IMG/VR virus record: IMGVR_UViG_3300033997_000554
Coordinates: 1 to 57,963 of that record
Length of the DNA: 57,963 nt
Source of the DNA: a virus
Lineage: Duplodnaviria; Caudoviricetes
Reading direction: 5' to 3' (one strand)
The notes below the pieces were generated by a model. It worked only from the letters and a program-made list of their open reading frames with translations, made no database searches and was not told the origin of the DNA. The first letter of the stretch is position 1. Every line of letters starts with the position of its first letter. Position numbers and translations under genes: made by a program. This document shows positions 24,957 to 35,517 of this stretch, piece by piece.

Positions 24957-27235
24957 ACACTTCCGTAACCGGCTTCCGCCTTCTCGATGGCAGCGACAGC
25001 GCGACCGCGCACGCCCGCGATCAGGCGCCGGCCGACGCCGGCGCGCTGTCCGTGTCCCAGCTCGAGCGCTGGCTGGACGAGATCCGCAACCAGCCGACCT
25101 GGCGCCGTGAGGCGGACAAGGCCTGCGACTACTACGACGGCAACCAGCTGGACGCCGAGACGCTGGCCCGCCTGGAAGCGAAAGGCCTGGGGCCGCTGGT
25201 CACCAACCTGATCCAGCCGACGGTCAACGCCGTGCTGGGCATGGAGGCCAAGACTCGCACCGACTGGCGCGTCGGGGGCGACGACGACCAGTACCAGGAC
25301 GTGGCCGAGGCGCTGTCGGCAAAGATGCACGAGGCCGAGCGCGAGGCCCAGGCAGATACCGCCACGTCGGACGCCTACGCCAGCCAGATCAAGGCCGGTT
25401 TCGGTGTGGTGGAGGTGTCGCGCAACAGCAACCCCTTCAACTACCCCTACCGCGTCACCAGCGTTCCCCGCTCCGAGATCTACTGGGACTGGCGCAGCCG
25501 CGCCTTGGACTGGACCGATGCCCGCTATGTGGTGCGCAAGAAGCGCTACGACGCCGACCACATCGCCGCGTTTTTCCCCCAGCACCGGGAGATGATCCTG
25601 GCCGCGGCCGGCTGGCGGGACTGGGCGGACTACCTGACGACCGAAGCTCGTATGTCGGCGGACTTCTTCAATGACATCGGGCAGGGCACGCGCACCACCT
25701 GGGACGACCTGGACTGGCGCGACATCGAGCGCAGGGTGGTGACGTGCTTCGAGGTCTGGTATCGGATCTGGGTGCGCGGCCTGGTGCTGGCGCTGCCCGG
25801 GGGGCGCACCCTGGAATTCAACGAGCAGAACCAGGTGCACCGCGCGCTGGTCGCTGCCGGCGCCGTCCAGCCCAAGCTAGCCGTCTACGACAAAATTCGC
25901 TGCGCCTTCCACATCGGCCCGATCCGGGTTCAGGACCGCGCCACGAACCGCCGGCGCTTCCCGTACATCCCGTTCTTCGGCTACCGCGAGGATCTGACCG
26001 GCGTGCCCTATGGGATCATCCGGGCCATGCTGTCCCCGCAGGACGAGGTGAACGCCCGCGCGGCGCGCATGATGTGGCTGATGAACAGCCGGCGCACCTT
26101 CATCGACTCGGACGCCCTGGACGCGAAGTACAACACGATGAGCGACGTCAGCCGGGAGATCGGCCAATCGGACGCCTTCATCGTGACAAACCCGAACGCG
26201 CTGCGGCCTGGCGCCAATATCCGGGTCGAATCGAATTTCGACCTGTCCCAGCAGCAGTTCCAGGTCATGCAGGAGCGCAAGCAAGCCATCCAGGAGGCGG
26301 CCGGCGTGTACGCCGCCATGATGGGCCAGCAATCCAATGCCAGCTCCGGCCTGGCCATCCAGTCGCTGGTGGAGCAGGGCGTCACCACGCTGGCCAAGAT
26401 CAACGACAACTACCGGGTCGCGCGCCGCGGCGTCGGCAATGCGCTGCTGGAGCTCATCAAAGAGGACATGACCGACCAGGCCGAGATCCTGGTGGACAAC
26501 GGCACGGTCAAGCGCAAGGTGGTGGTCAACATCCCTCGCAAGGACCCGGTCACGGGCCAGGCCTACAAGGAGAACGACGTGCAGACGGCGCCGGTCAAAG
26601 TGGCGCTGTCCGACGTCCCCAGCACCCCGACCTACCGCGCCCAGCAGTTCGCGGCCTTCTCGGAAATCCTCAAGTCCATGCCGCCCAACATGCAGGCGCT
26701 GCTGATCCCCTTCGCGCTGGAAATGTCCGACTTCGGCAAGCGCAAGGAGATGGCGGCGTTCCTGCGGGCCCAACTGGGCATCCAGGCCGATCCGAACTCG
26801 CCCGAGGCGCAGGCCGCCAAGCAGCAGGCCGATCAGGCCGCACAGGCCCAGATGCAGACCGCCATGCAGGACGCCCAGTCGAAGATCGCCGAGCGCGAGG
26901 CCAAGACGCAGAAGCTGCTGGCCGAGGCCGAGCGCATCCGCGCCGAGGCGGCCGGCGCTGGCGACACCGATACGGTGGGCCAGGTGGACGGCGCGCTGGC
27001 GCGCTACGAGGAAGAGGTGCAGAAGCTTCGCCAGCAGCTGGCCGATCGCACCACCGAATGGCAGACCCGCCTGCAGCAGACCGAGATGCACGAGGAGGCC
27101 GAGACGGTGCGCGCGCGCATTCGCGCCGAAGCGCAGACCGGCGGCGCCCAGCTGCAGGAGCGGTTCCAGCAGCTGACGGACGAGGTCGACCAGGTGCTGG
27201 CGCGCCTGGGTACCCGTCCAGCCACGGTCGCGTAG
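24953..27235 (+). CDS. Portal protein (P22-like, with C-terminal barrel)
   Basis: YYDGNQ, NLIQP.VN.VLG.E, FPYIPF, QDEVN, SG.AI, Gln/Ala coiled tail. Confidence 0.9.
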   Translation: MNTSVTGFRLLDGSDSATAHARDQAPADAGALSVSQLERWLDEIRNQPTWRREADKACDYYDGNQLDAETLARLEAKGLGPLVTNLIQPTVNAVLGMEAKTRTDWRVGGDDDQYQDVAEALSAKMHEAEREAQADTATSDAYASQIKAGFGVVEVSRNSNPFNYPYRVTSVPRSEIYWDWRSRALDWTDARYVVRKKRYDADHIAAFFPQHREMILAAAGWRDWADYLTTEARMSADFFNDIGQGTRTTWDDLDWRDIERRVVTCFEVWYRIWVRGLVLALPGGRTLEFNEQNQVHRALVAAGAVQPKLAVYDKIRCAFHIGPIRVQDRATNRRRFPYIPFFGYREDLTGVPYGIIRAMLSPQDEVNARAARMMWLMNSRRTFIDSDALDAKYNTMSDVSREIGQSDAFIVTNPNALRPGANIRVESNFDLSQQQFQVMQERKQAIQEAAGVYAAMMGQQSNASSGLAIQSLVEQGVTTLAKINDNYRVARRGVGNALLELIKEDMTDQAEILVDNGTVKRKVVVNIPRKDPVTGQAYKENDVQTAPVKVALSDVPSTPTYRAQQFAAFSEILKSMPPNMQALLIPFALEMSDFGKRKEMAAFLRAQLGIQADPNSPEAQAAKQQADQAAQAQMQTAMQDAQSKIAEREAKTQKLLAEAERIRAEAAGAGDTDTVGQVDGALARYEEEVQKLRQQLADRTTEWQTRLQQTEMHEEAETVRARIRAEAQTGGAQLQERFQQLTDEVDQVLARLGTRPATVA

Positions 27236-27279
27236 CGCGCCGACACAGATTCCCCGCCCTGGGATACGGGCAACCACTG

Positions 27280-27316
27280 GCCCCCGCCGAGAAATCGTCG
27301 GGGGCTTTTTCGTTTT
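27280..27316 (+). terminator. Intrinsic terminator after portal
   Basis: GCCCCCG...CGGGGGC then TTTTTCGTTTT. Confidence 0.7.
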
Positions 27317-27355
27317 CAACCCCCGGACCTATCCGAGAACTAGGAGCAGGAAGAG

Positions 27356-28414
27356 ATGACCACGGACACCACGACGGGCAACCCCATCGACAACCTCGAT
27401 GAAGTCTTGCGCGACCCCCTCAGTTTGACGGACGACGCGCTGGCCGCGCTGGTCGGTGGGCAGGATGCCACCACCAGCGCCGCCGACCAGTCGACCGCCG
27501 ATGACGTCGCGGCCACCGCCGCCGGCGCCAAACCCCAGGGCGATACCAGCGGTGCAACGCCCGGCACCGACGAGGGCGGTAAGCAGCAGGGGGCCACGGC
27601 CGCCGCTGCCCCGCAGGAAGGCGAAGCCGTTGTGTTGGCGAGGGACGGCAAGAACGTCATCCCCTACCAGGTGCTGCAGCAGGAGCGCGAACGCGCAATC
27701 CGTGCCGAGCAGATGGTGCGGGATCTGACGACCAAGCTGGAACAGGATCAGGCTGCCGCCCAGCAGGGAAAGGCAACCAAGTCGCTCGATCTGGACCAGA
27801 TCGTCGACCAGCAACTGCTGGAGCAGCTGCGCGAAGAAGCTCCCGACGTGGCGCGCCGGATGGACAACCTGATCGACCTGGCCAAGAGCCTGAGCGAACA
27901 GGTCGACGCCGGCCGGCCCGCCGCCGAGGAAGCGGAAGCCGCGCGCCGCGAACAGCAGGTGCAGGCACTGGTGACCGTCGAGGACACCATCGTGTCGATC
28001 CCCAAGCTCGCCCACCTCCGTGCCACCGCCCCGGCCGAGTTCAACGAGGTCGCCACCATCGACGCCATGCTGCGCGCCAAGCCGTCATGGCAGGACAAGC
28101 CGCTCGCCGAGCGGTTCGGTGCCGCCCTCCGTATGTACGAAGCCGAACACGGCGAGATCGAGCTACCCGACCCGGCCAGCGCCGCGGCGGGCAAGCAGCC
28201 AGCCGATCCTGCCGCGCGCGTTGCCGAGGCCGTCGCGAAAGCGAAGGCCGAAGCGTCGGGGCCTTCCACGCTTTCTGATATCCCTGGCGGCCAGCCGGCC
28301 GCCACATCCGAGGCAGACGCCATCGCGGCGCTGTCGGGCAGTGCCCTGACGGACCGCTTCATGAACATGTCGCCGGATGAAATCGAAGCGCAGCTGGCGC
28401 GCCTCTCTTCGTAA
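27356..28414 (+). CDS. Scaffolding protein
   Basis: Acidic, helical, between portal and capsid; DGKNVIPY.VL, P.TLSDIPGG. Confidence 0.8.
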   Translation: MTTDTTTGNPIDNLDEVLRDPLSLTDDALAALVGGQDATTSAADQSTADDVAATAAGAKPQGDTSGATPGTDEGGKQQGATAAAAPQEGEAVVLARDGKNVIPYQVLQQERERAIRAEQMVRDLTTKLEQDQAAAQQGKATKSLDLDQIVDQQLLEQLREEAPDVARRMDNLIDLAKSLSEQVDAGRPAAEEAEAARREQQVQALVTVEDTIVSIPKLAHLRATAPAEFNEVATIDAMLRAKPSWQDKPLAERFGAALRMYEAEHGEIELPDPASAAAGKQPADPAARVAEAVAKAKAEASGPSTLSDIPGGQPAATSEADAIAALSGSALTDRFMNMSPDEIEAQLARLSS

Positions 28415-28435
28415 ATCCCACGAACTGGAGGCTTT

Positions 28436-29734
28436 ATGTCCCAAACTACTGTTCCCGTTGGCTCGCCGCTCGCGCGCAAGGTTTTCGGCGCGGCGCTGTT
28501 CGCCAACACCCAACGTCAGCCCTCGCTGATGAACAACCTGACCGGGGCGGCGCCGAAGCAATCGGCCGCCGAGGCGAAGCTGAAAGGCCAGACCAGCCCC
28601 GACATGCCGCTCGTGCGCGTCACCGACCTGACGAAGTCCCAGGGCGACCAGGTCAGCGTCGACCTGATCAACCAGACCGGCGGCAAGCCGATCATGGGCG
28701 ACAAGCAGGCCGAGGGCAAGGGCGAGCGCCTGGACATGTCCAGCATGGACATCCGCATCGACCTGGCCACCAAGGTGGTGGACGCCGGCGGCAAGATGAC
28801 CCAGCAGCGCACCGTGCACAACCTGCGCGGCCTGGCCATGGCGAACCTGCAGGGCTGGTTCCGCCGCTTCAACGACCAGTCCACCATCGTGCACCTGGCC
28901 GGCACCCGCGGCTCCCAGGTCGGCACCGACTGGGTGGTGCCCATGGCCAACGATCCGGATTTCGCTGAAATCATGATCAACCCGGTCAAGGCGCCGACCT
29001 ACAACCGCCACTGGGTGGCTGACGGCACGTCGCTGGTGCAGGGCGGCCAGGCGCTGGGCGCGATCGATACCACCGACACCTTCAAGCTGGAACACCTGGA
29101 CCACCTGGGCGCGATCATCGACGACATGGAGTTCAAGCTCCAGCCGATCAAGATCGCGGGCGACGCCGCCGCCGATGACGAGCCGCTGTACCTGCTGCTG
29201 GTGACCAACCGCATGTGGCAGAGCATTCTGACCAACACGGCGGCCAACAGCCTGCAGTGGCGCACGTTCCTGCAGAACGCCTGGAACCGTGCCTCGTCGT
29301 TCACCGGTCCGAAGAAGCACCCGCTGTTCACGGGCGAGGCCGGCATCTGGCACAACATCCTGGTGCGCAAGATGGACCGCGCCATCCGGCTGAACCCGGG
29401 TGATTCGGTGCGCTACTGCACCCAGGCCGGCCAGGCCAGCGCCACCGAGGCGGATGTCACTATCCCGACGTTGCAACCGGGCTTCGCTGTCGACCGCGGC
29501 ATGCTGCTGGGCGCCCAGGCGCTGGCGCACGTCTACGGCAAGAACCAGGGCTCGGACACCTACGCCAACTGGATGGAGAACCGCTACAACTTCGAGCGCA
29601 ACCTCGAAGTCGCGGGCGAAGTCATGTGCGGCAAGGCGAAGCTCCGTTTCTCGGTGCCGGACGCGCGCGGCAACAAGATCCCGACGGACCACGGCGTGAT
29701 GGTGCTGGACACCGTCGTCAACCTCAACACCTGA
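28436..29734 (+). CDS. Major capsid protein (N4-gp56/DUF4043-like)
   Basis: RVTDL.K..GD.V, P.MGD...EG.GE, M.QQRT.H.LR, HPLF.G, LLGAQAL, DHGV. Confidence 0.9.
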   Translation: MSQTTVPVGSPLARKVFGAALFANTQRQPSLMNNLTGAAPKQSAAEAKLKGQTSPDMPLVRVTDLTKSQGDQVSVDLINQTGGKPIMGDKQAEGKGERLDMSSMDIRIDLATKVVDAGGKMTQQRTVHNLRGLAMANLQGWFRRFNDQSTIVHLAGTRGSQVGTDWVVPMANDPDFAEIMINPVKAPTYNRHWVADGTSLVQGGQALGAIDTTDTFKLEHLDHLGAIIDDMEFKLQPIKIAGDAAADDEPLYLLLVTNRMWQSILTNTAANSLQWRTFLQNAWNRASSFTGPKKHPLFTGEAGIWHNILVRKMDRAIRLNPGDSVRYCTQAGQASATEADVTIPTLQPGFAVDRGMLLGAQALAHVYGKNQGSDTYANWMENRYNFERNLEVAGEVMCGKAKLRFSVPDARGNKIPTDHGVMVLDTVVNLNT

Positions 29735-29786
29735 TCGGCGGCGGGCGGCCGGCTGGCCGCCTGCTCCGGTGGAACTGGAGAACTTC

Positions 29787-30206
29787 ATGGATCGCTACTC
29801 TCCCGACTACAACGCCAAGCCTCTGCACACGCAGGCCTTCGGCAATGCCTGGGTCGAGACCTACGGCTACCGCGGCGCGGCCGGCACCACGGACAAGGTC
29901 TACTTGGGCGTCATCCCGGCCGGCGTCGTCGTCACGGCCGTGCGCCTGGTCACCGACGCCGCTGGCGCCGGCGTGAAGGCGGACCTGGGCTTCGAGCCCT
30001 ACGACGCCAGCGACGGTCCGGTCGCCGATCTGGACGCCTGGCTGGCCGGCGCCGACATCGCCGCCGCCGGCAACGTCGATTCGACCGCCCATCCCATCCT
30101 GTTCAAGCGGCCGGTCAAGCTGGTTGCCACGATCAGCGGGGCCGCCTTCACGGGCACGCCGCAGCTGACGGCCGTAGTCAACGGCCAGATGGTGGGCGTC
30201 GCCTAA
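29787..30206 (+). CDS. Putative capsid decoration protein
   Basis: Small beta-rich protein directly after the major capsid gene. Confidence 0.65.
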   Translation: MDRYSPDYNAKPLHTQAFGNAWVETYGYRGAAGTTDKVYLGVIPAGVVVTAVRLVTDAAGAGVKADLGFEPYDASDGPVADLDAWLAGADIAAAGNVDSTAHPILFKRPVKLVATISGAAFTGTPQLTAVVNGQMVGVA

Positions 30207-30244
30207 GCCTTTTCGGGGCTGTCTCGCCGCATTGCGCGGCTTTC

Positions 30245-30280
30245 GGGGCTGGGCGGGAAACCGCCTGGCCCCACCTTTTT
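30245..30280 (+). terminator. Intrinsic terminator after capsid genes
   Basis: GGGGCTGGGCGG-gaaa-CCGCCTGGCCCC then a T run. Confidence 0.7.
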
Positions 30281-30290
30281 GGAGTTCCCT

Positions 30291-30716
30291 ATGGAACAGG
30301 ACAACCTCATCCCGATCATGTACATCGGGGCGAAGGAGCAGAAGAAGGACACGGTCGCCGGCACCGGCCTGGTGTGGGAGCGCGGGCAGATTCATTTCGT
30401 ACCGCCGCTGATCGCCATCAAGCTGACGCCCCACAAGGACGTCTGGCGCGAGGCCTGGGAGGAAGCGGACGAGAACCCGGGCAACATTGGCCTGGTCGTG
30501 ACCACGCAGCAGGCGATCGGCGGCCGGAAATTGTCCGAGCAGAGCCAGGTGCCGCCTTTCAACATGCCCAACCTGCAGGGCATGAAGAAGGAAGACCTGG
30601 CGACGTTCGCCCGTGCCCAGTTCAACCATGAACTCGACGCGGCCCTCAAGAAGGACGAGATGATCCAGCAGATCGTCAGCCTGGCCAACTCGCGCGCCGC
30701 GGGCGAACCGACGTAA
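30291..30716 (+). CDS. Hypothetical structural-region protein
   Basis: YIG.K..K.DT..GTG.VW; C-terminal SAP/Rho-N-like helical motif. Confidence 0.7.
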   Translation: MEQDNLIPIMYIGAKEQKKDTVAGTGLVWERGQIHFVPPLIAIKLTPHKDVWREAWEEADENPGNIGLVVTTQQAIGGRKLSEQSQVPPFNMPNLQGMKKEDLATFARAQFNHELDAALKKDEMIQQIVSLANSRAAGEPT

Positions 30717-31366
30717 TGGCCGCCCTCGCAGATTTCGAGCGGTTCGTGGTGCCGCTGATCGAAGGCGCGCCCACGCCGGCGGTCGAGGATGCCATCGTCG
30801 ACGCAGCGATCGAATTCTGCACCCGCACCCGCGTGCTGCGCGCGTTCCTCGATCCGGTGACGCTGGTGCCTGGCACGGCCGAGTACGAGCTGGACCCGCC
30901 CGAGGCTGACACGCAGATCGTCGATGTGGTGGCGGCTTGGCTGCCCGAGGGCCCGGTGACGTCGGCCACGCGCGCCGAACTCGAGGAGAAATTCCCCGAC
31001 GGCTGGGCTTGGCGCCAGGTCGGCAGCACCGCCGACGTGCAGCACTTCTACTGCCGGCTGCCGGGCTTCGTGCAGTTGGTGCCGGCGGTGACGGTCAAGG
31101 CGCCGCGGGCGCTGCGGCTCGAGGTGGCCTACGCGCCCACCAGGAACGCGCGCGAGCTGCACGACGTGCTGCTGAATCGGTACGCCGAGAAGTTGGCCAA
31201 CGGCGCGCTGGCGCGCCTGCACCAGCATAAGGCGGGCTACGCGGATCCCGGCCGCGCTGGAGGCTACCAGACGGAGTTCGACCGGGATTGCAACACGCTG
31301 GCCGACGATGGCGCCCGTGGCTTTGCCAAGCGCCGGATGCGCACTGGCGGGGACGAATTCAAATGA
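30716..31366 (+). CDS. Head-tail adaptor-like protein
   Basis: AIVDAAIEFC..T, Y.E.LA.GAL.RL; position. Confidence 0.7.
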   Translation: MAALADFERFVVPLIEGAPTPAVEDAIVDAAIEFCTRTRVLRAFLDPVTLVPGTAEYELDPPEADTQIVDVVAAWLPEGPVTSATRAELEEKFPDGWAWRQVGSTADVQHFYCRLPGFVQLVPAVTVKAPRALRLEVAYAPTRNARELHDVLLNRYAEKLANGALARLHQHKAGYADPGRAGGYQTEFDRDCNTLADDGARGFAKRRMRTGGDEFK

Positions 31367-32004
31367 AAGTCGGCGAAGTCATCACCCGCGCGCGCACCAT
31401 CCTGCAGGACGACGGCGCCGTTTACTGGGACGACACCGAGCTGCCCATGTGGTTGAGCGACGGCCGCCTGGAGGCGTACCGCCTGCGGCCCGACCTGTAC
31501 GAGGTGTCTGAGGATTTCGCCTGCGCCGAAGGTGCGCGCCAGGCTCTGCCGGGTGGCGCCCGCATGCTGTTCGACGTGCCGCGCAATGTCTCGGCGCCGC
31601 GCCAGCGCGCCATCACGGTGGCCGACGCCGCGGCGCTGGGCCGCGTGCGCCCGAATTGGCGCAGCCAGTCCAAGGCGCAGGAGATCCGCCACTTCCTGTA
31701 CGACGAGCGCAGCCCCGGCCAGTTCGACGTGTATCCGCCGGCGCGAGCTGGGGTGGTGATCGAGTTGTCCTACGCGAAGCCGCCGGCGGCGGTCACGAAG
31801 GACGACGGCGACAAGGAGCTGGCCGAGGAGGGCGCCTACGCGCCGGCGCTGGTGGACTACATCCTCTACCGCGCCTTCCTCAAAGAGGCCGACACGGTGC
31901 CCGCGTTCCACCAGCGCGCCGCCCAGCACCTGGCGGCATGCCAGTCCACCCTGACCAGCGACGTCACCGCCAAGGCGATGACCAGCCCCAACGAGCAGAA
32001 ATAA
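31363..32004 (+). CDS. Adaptor-like protein (DUF6682-like)
   Basis: I.RAR.ILQD....W...EL..W, F.VYPP, ALVDYILYRAF.K. Confidence 0.7.
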   Translation: MKVGEVITRARTILQDDGAVYWDDTELPMWLSDGRLEAYRLRPDLYEVSEDFACAEGARQALPGGARMLFDVPRNVSAPRQRAITVADAAALGRVRPNWRSQSKAQEIRHFLYDERSPGQFDVYPPARAGVVIELSYAKPPAAVTKDDGDKELAEEGAYAPALVDYILYRAFLKEADTVPAFHQRAAQHLAACQSTLTSDVTAKAMTSPNEQK

Positions 32005-32007
32005 CGC

Positions 32008-32397
32008 ATGGCAACCGACAAAATCCGCCTGGTGCAGGGAGACACCGCGCCCCAGCTGCAGCTGTCACTGACGGATCAGCGCACGCGGCGCCCGCTGGAT
32101 CTGTCCGCACCCGGCACCACCGCCCGGCTGCTGTTCCGCGAGGTGGGGGCCGACGCCGTCAAGGCCACGATGCCGTGCTTTGCGATCGCGGGCTACGTTG
32201 ACCCCGAGACGGGCGACGTCGATTACCGCCCGCCCTATGACGTGGCCGGCCGTGGTGGCCGCCTGGCTATGGATTGGTCGGCCGACGCCCTGGATACGGC
32301 GGGCGAATTCGAAGGCGAGGTCGAGGTGACCTTTCCCGATGGCCGCATCCAGACGGCATTCGCCATCCTGAAATTCCAGGTGCGGGAGCAGTTCTAG
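32008..32397 (+). CDS. BppU-like tail/baseplate accessory protein
   Basis: IRLVQGDT.P.L...L.D, G.FEGEVEVTF.DG..QT. Confidence 0.65.
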   Translation: MATDKIRLVQGDTAPQLQLSLTDQRTRRPLDLSAPGTTARLLFREVGADAVKATMPCFAIAGYVDPETGDVDYRPPYDVAGRGGRLAMDWSADALDTAGEFEGEVEVTFPDGRIQTAFAILKFQVREQF

Positions 32398-32398
32398 C

Positions 32399-32932
32399 AT
32401 GACCGGCCCCGTTCACCTGGAGCATGAAATTGTCGCCGCCACGGTCGACGCCTCGGGCACCCTGGTGGCGCGCGTGGACGCGGTGGCGGACCCCCTGGGC
32501 CTGAATCCCATCCTGGCGGACCTCGGCCTGGCCGTGGATTACTTCCGCCTGGTGCGGATCCTGAACCGCCATGACCTGGCGGCGGCCGTCGATTGGCGCG
32601 CCGTCGCCGTAGTGGGCCAACGCCGCGATGGCGCGACCGCCTCTGACGTGATCGGCGCCGGCGTTGCCTTCGGCCGGGCCGACGTTGCTGGCGCGCTGGA
32701 CCGGTTTGCCCTTGCGTACGCGCGGCTGTCGGCCGGCACCGCAGTGGATTGGGCCCGGCAGCAGGTGCGCTCCATTCGATTCGACGCCGCGGTGGCGGTC
32801 GACGTCGTCGCGCTGGCGGTGGCCCGCGAGCGCCGTGATGCAGCCGCGTCGCATGACTTCGGCCGTGTGGTGCTGGAGAACTACGCCCTGGACTATGCCG
32901 ACGACTACGTCGGCGACGCCACTTCCTTCTGA
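32399..32932 (+). CDS. Hypothetical tail-region protein
   Basis: 177 aa, co-oriented and tightly packed. Confidence 0.6.
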   Translation: MTGPVHLEHEIVAATVDASGTLVARVDAVADPLGLNPILADLGLAVDYFRLVRILNRHDLAAAVDWRAVAVVGQRRDGATASDVIGAGVAFGRADVAGALDRFALAYARLSAGTAVDWARQQVRSIRFDAAVAVDVVALAVARERRDAAASHDFGRVVLENYALDYADDYVGDATSF

Positions 32933-32944
32933 AAGGACTTTCCC

Positions 32945-33406
32945 ATGAGCAACATGCTGAACAGCTCCGGCGCCCTGAACCGGGGTGACCTGGAAATCAT
33001 CGTCCACCGCGGGCGCACCGGGCAAATCGAGCGCTTCGTCATCAAGAACTTGTTCACCGATGACGGCCTGGCTTATCTGGCCGCCCGCGCCGCTGGCGAA
33101 GCGGTGGGGGTGATTTCCCATATGGCGCTGGGCACCGGCACGACGCCGGCGGCGGGTGCAGAAAAGACCCTGGAGGCGGAAATCGCTGGCAGCCGTGTGC
33201 CGGTCACCATCTCCGGCACCGGCGCGCAGCGCCTCTATACCGCGACTTTCGGCGAAGGCGTGGGGTCGGGCCCCGTCACCGAGGCCGGTCTTTTCAATGC
33301 GGCCACTGCCGGCACGATGACGAATCGCTCTGTGTTCGGCGTCAAGAACAAGGAGCCCGAGGACGTGTTCACCATCAACTGGACGCTGGCCCAGCAGCGC
33401 GGGTAA
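32945..33406 (+). CDS. Tail-fibre-associated protein
   Basis: KNL.TD.G, HMALGTG, TEAGLFN. Confidence 0.7.
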   Translation: MSNMLNSSGALNRGDLEIIVHRGRTGQIERFVIKNLFTDDGLAYLAARAAGEAVGVISHMALGTGTTPAAGAEKTLEAEIAGSRVPVTISGTGAQRLYTATFGEGVGSGPVTEAGLFNAATAGTMTNRSVFGVKNKEPEDVFTINWTLAQQRG

Positions 33407-33409
33407 GCC

Positions 33410-34702
33410 ATGGCCCGATTGCTCACCCTGCGCCGCAACCTGGCGCGCCTGCTGACCCGCGACGAGGTCGACGACAACTTCGTCAACGTCGCTTCGGACT
33501 TCTCCGGCGCCGTGGACCCCGCGACGTTGACGGGTGCCTACGTCGCACCGTATATGCGCTGGGCGGACATCGGATCCGGGTGGCTCAAGCGCCGCAATGC
33601 GGCCAACAATGCCTGGGAGCCGGAGCAGCGCTTGCTTCGCCGCACGGTGCAACCGTTCAACACGAGCGAGCTGCCCACGGCTGACGGCGGGCCCATCTAT
33701 GTCAACGGGCAAGGCATGGCCGAGTTCGACACAGCGGCGGGCATGTATCGCGTGAAGTCGCCTGTTCCTGTGGGGGCAGTGGCCTGGTGGCCGCTGCGTT
33801 CGTCCATCCCGGCAGGCCGGATCCCCGCCGATGGCCAGACCATTTCGCGCGCCACCTTTCCTGACCTTGCCGCCATGGTGGTGGCCGGCACGGTGCCAGT
33901 GGTGCCGGAAGCCGACTGGCTGGCCGACCCGCTCAAGCGCGGCAGCTACACGCTTGGCGATGGCTCCACTACCATCCGGGTGCCTGATCTCAATGGTAAG
34001 TCTGCTGGGGCGGTTGGCGCAGTGTTTCTCCGCGGCGACGGGGCGCTTTCGGGTGGCGTGAATGGGAGTGTTCAGCGTGATGCGTTGCAGAACATCACCG
34101 CTTCGGTGGGGCTTGCATACGGTAATGTGCAGTTGCCTTCAGATGGCGCATTTAACAACACCGCTTATACCAGCGGCTCGGCCCCCGAATATCCGTATTC
34201 AAATGCGACTCAGCGGCTCACGTTCGACGCTTCGCGCGTTGCGCGAACTGCTACCGAGACGCGGCCGACGAACGTCACGGGCGTTTGGACCATCCAGGCG
34301 TTCGGTGCCATCACCAATCCTGGAAGCGCCGATGCCGCCCAGCTGGCTAGCGACTATGCCGCACTCAATGCCGGCTTCCAGACGTTGAATGCCAGCTTTC
34401 AGACGTTGCGTGCCCAGGCGTTCGGCGTTGGCCAGAGCATGCAGAACGTCGCGGGAAGTCGCACCATCGGTGTGGCCTACACGAATACGACCGGTCGCCC
34501 CATCGTGGTTTACGTCTCGGGGGACACGAATACAAGCGCAGGCGGGAACCTGGGCATTACGATTGGCGGCCTTTTCGTCACGCGGGCCGTCTGGGCGTCG
34601 CAAGGTATCGCTCTGGCGGTGACGGCGGTGATTCCACCCGGTATTGCGTATGTGGCGAACGCCTCCGGAATTTCTCTCAGCCAATGGCAGGAGTACAGGT
34701 AA
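33410..34702 (+). CDS. Tail fibre protein with collar domain
   Basis: LT..EVD.NF, PVG...WW....IPAG....DGQ, .RVPDLNG, Q.DALQNIT, ETRP.N, YTNTTGRPI C-terminal domain. Confidence 0.85.
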   Translation: MARLLTLRRNLARLLTRDEVDDNFVNVASDFSGAVDPATLTGAYVAPYMRWADIGSGWLKRRNAANNAWEPEQRLLRRTVQPFNTSELPTADGGPIYVNGQGMAEFDTAAGMYRVKSPVPVGAVAWWPLRSSIPAGRIPADGQTISRATFPDLAAMVVAGTVPVVPEADWLADPLKRGSYTLGDGSTTIRVPDLNGKSAGAVGAVFLRGDGALSGGVNGSVQRDALQNITASVGLAYGNVQLPSDGAFNNTAYTSGSAPEYPYSNATQRLTFDASRVARTATETRPTNVTGVWTIQAFGAITNPGSADAAQLASDYAALNAGFQTLNASFQTLRAQAFGVGQSMQNVAGSRTIGVAYTNTTGRPIVVYVSGDTNTSAGGNLGITIGGLFVTRAVWASQGIALAVTAVIPPGIAYVANASGISLSQWQEYR

Positions 34703-35142
34703 TGAGAACATTCAAGGACACCGCGAGCGGGCAGTTCTATCAGTTCGACGACGACGTGATCGCGGATAACTCGGCCGGTCACTATGTATTCCGTTCGCCG
34801 TTCGGACTGGTCGATGCGCCGCTTACCCTGGTGCCCGCCTCTTTGGAGGAAATGCCCGAGCCGCCGGCAGGACCGCCGGTGTCGGTCTCGCGCTATCAGG
34901 GCCGCGAGGCGATGCGCCTGACTCGTTTCCCCGCGGAGGGGCACCCTGATCGAACCCTGTTCGAAGCCTTCGAGGAGCTACTGAACGATCCGACGACGCC
35001 AGCGTACTACCGGCGAGCCTGGGATGAACTGCAGATATTCGAGCGTGGGAGCGCCATGCTCAACGCCGCGGCTGACGTCCTCGGCCTTACCCAGGCGAAG
35101 CGGGATGACCTTTTCCGTCTCGCCGCGGCCATCAAGGCCTAG
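34702..35142 (+). CDS. Tail fibre assembly/accessory protein
   Basis: Coupled to the fibre gene; VSRYQGR, LGLT....DDLF..A. Confidence 0.7.
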   Translation: MRTFKDTASGQFYQFDDDVIADNSAGHYVFRSPFGLVDAPLTLVPASLEEMPEPPAGPPVSVSRYQGREAMRLTRFPAEGHPDRTLFEAFEELLNDPTTPAYYRRAWDELQIFERGSAMLNAAADVLGLTQAKRDDLFRLAAAIKA

Positions 35143-35168
35143 CTGGTAGACCTCACACAGGAGCAAAG

Positions 35169-35516
35169 ATGGCTGAACCTACCAGCGCGATCAGCGCAGC
35201 ACTGCCCACGGCGTCGGCACTGCTTTTCGGTGCGATGCTGCCCGGGGTGGATGGCGGCGCGCTGATCGGCGCGTTCGCCGGCGCCGCCTTGTTCATCGTT
35301 CACAGCAACGAGTTGGGTGTCGCAAAACGGCTGGTCTACGGTCTGGTGTCCTGGCTGATTGGCTACTTCGCGGCGCCGGAGTTGGGCCGCCTGATCGGCA
35401 TTCAGGAAACCGTGGTGACCGGCTTCGGTGCGGCCGCGGTGGCCGTCACCGTCGCCATCACGGCGATCAAGAAGATCGAGGCGGCAGATTTCACCTTCTG
35501 GAAGCGGGGAGGCTGA
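35169..35516 (+). CDS. Putative holin
   Basis: MAEPTS, GAFAGA, 3-4 TM helices, basic C-terminus. Confidence 0.75.
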   Translation: MAEPTSAISAALPTASALLFGAMLPGVDGGALIGAFAGAALFIVHSNELGVAKRLVYGLVSWLIGYFAAPELGRLIGIQETVVTGFGAAAVAVTVAITAIKKIEAADFTFWKRGG

Positions 35517-35517
35517 C

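Noticed and set aside
34367-34408. 21-bp tandem duplication in the tail fibre gene
   Set aside because: Encodes an ordinary coiled-coil heptad (NAGFQTL/NASFQTL)
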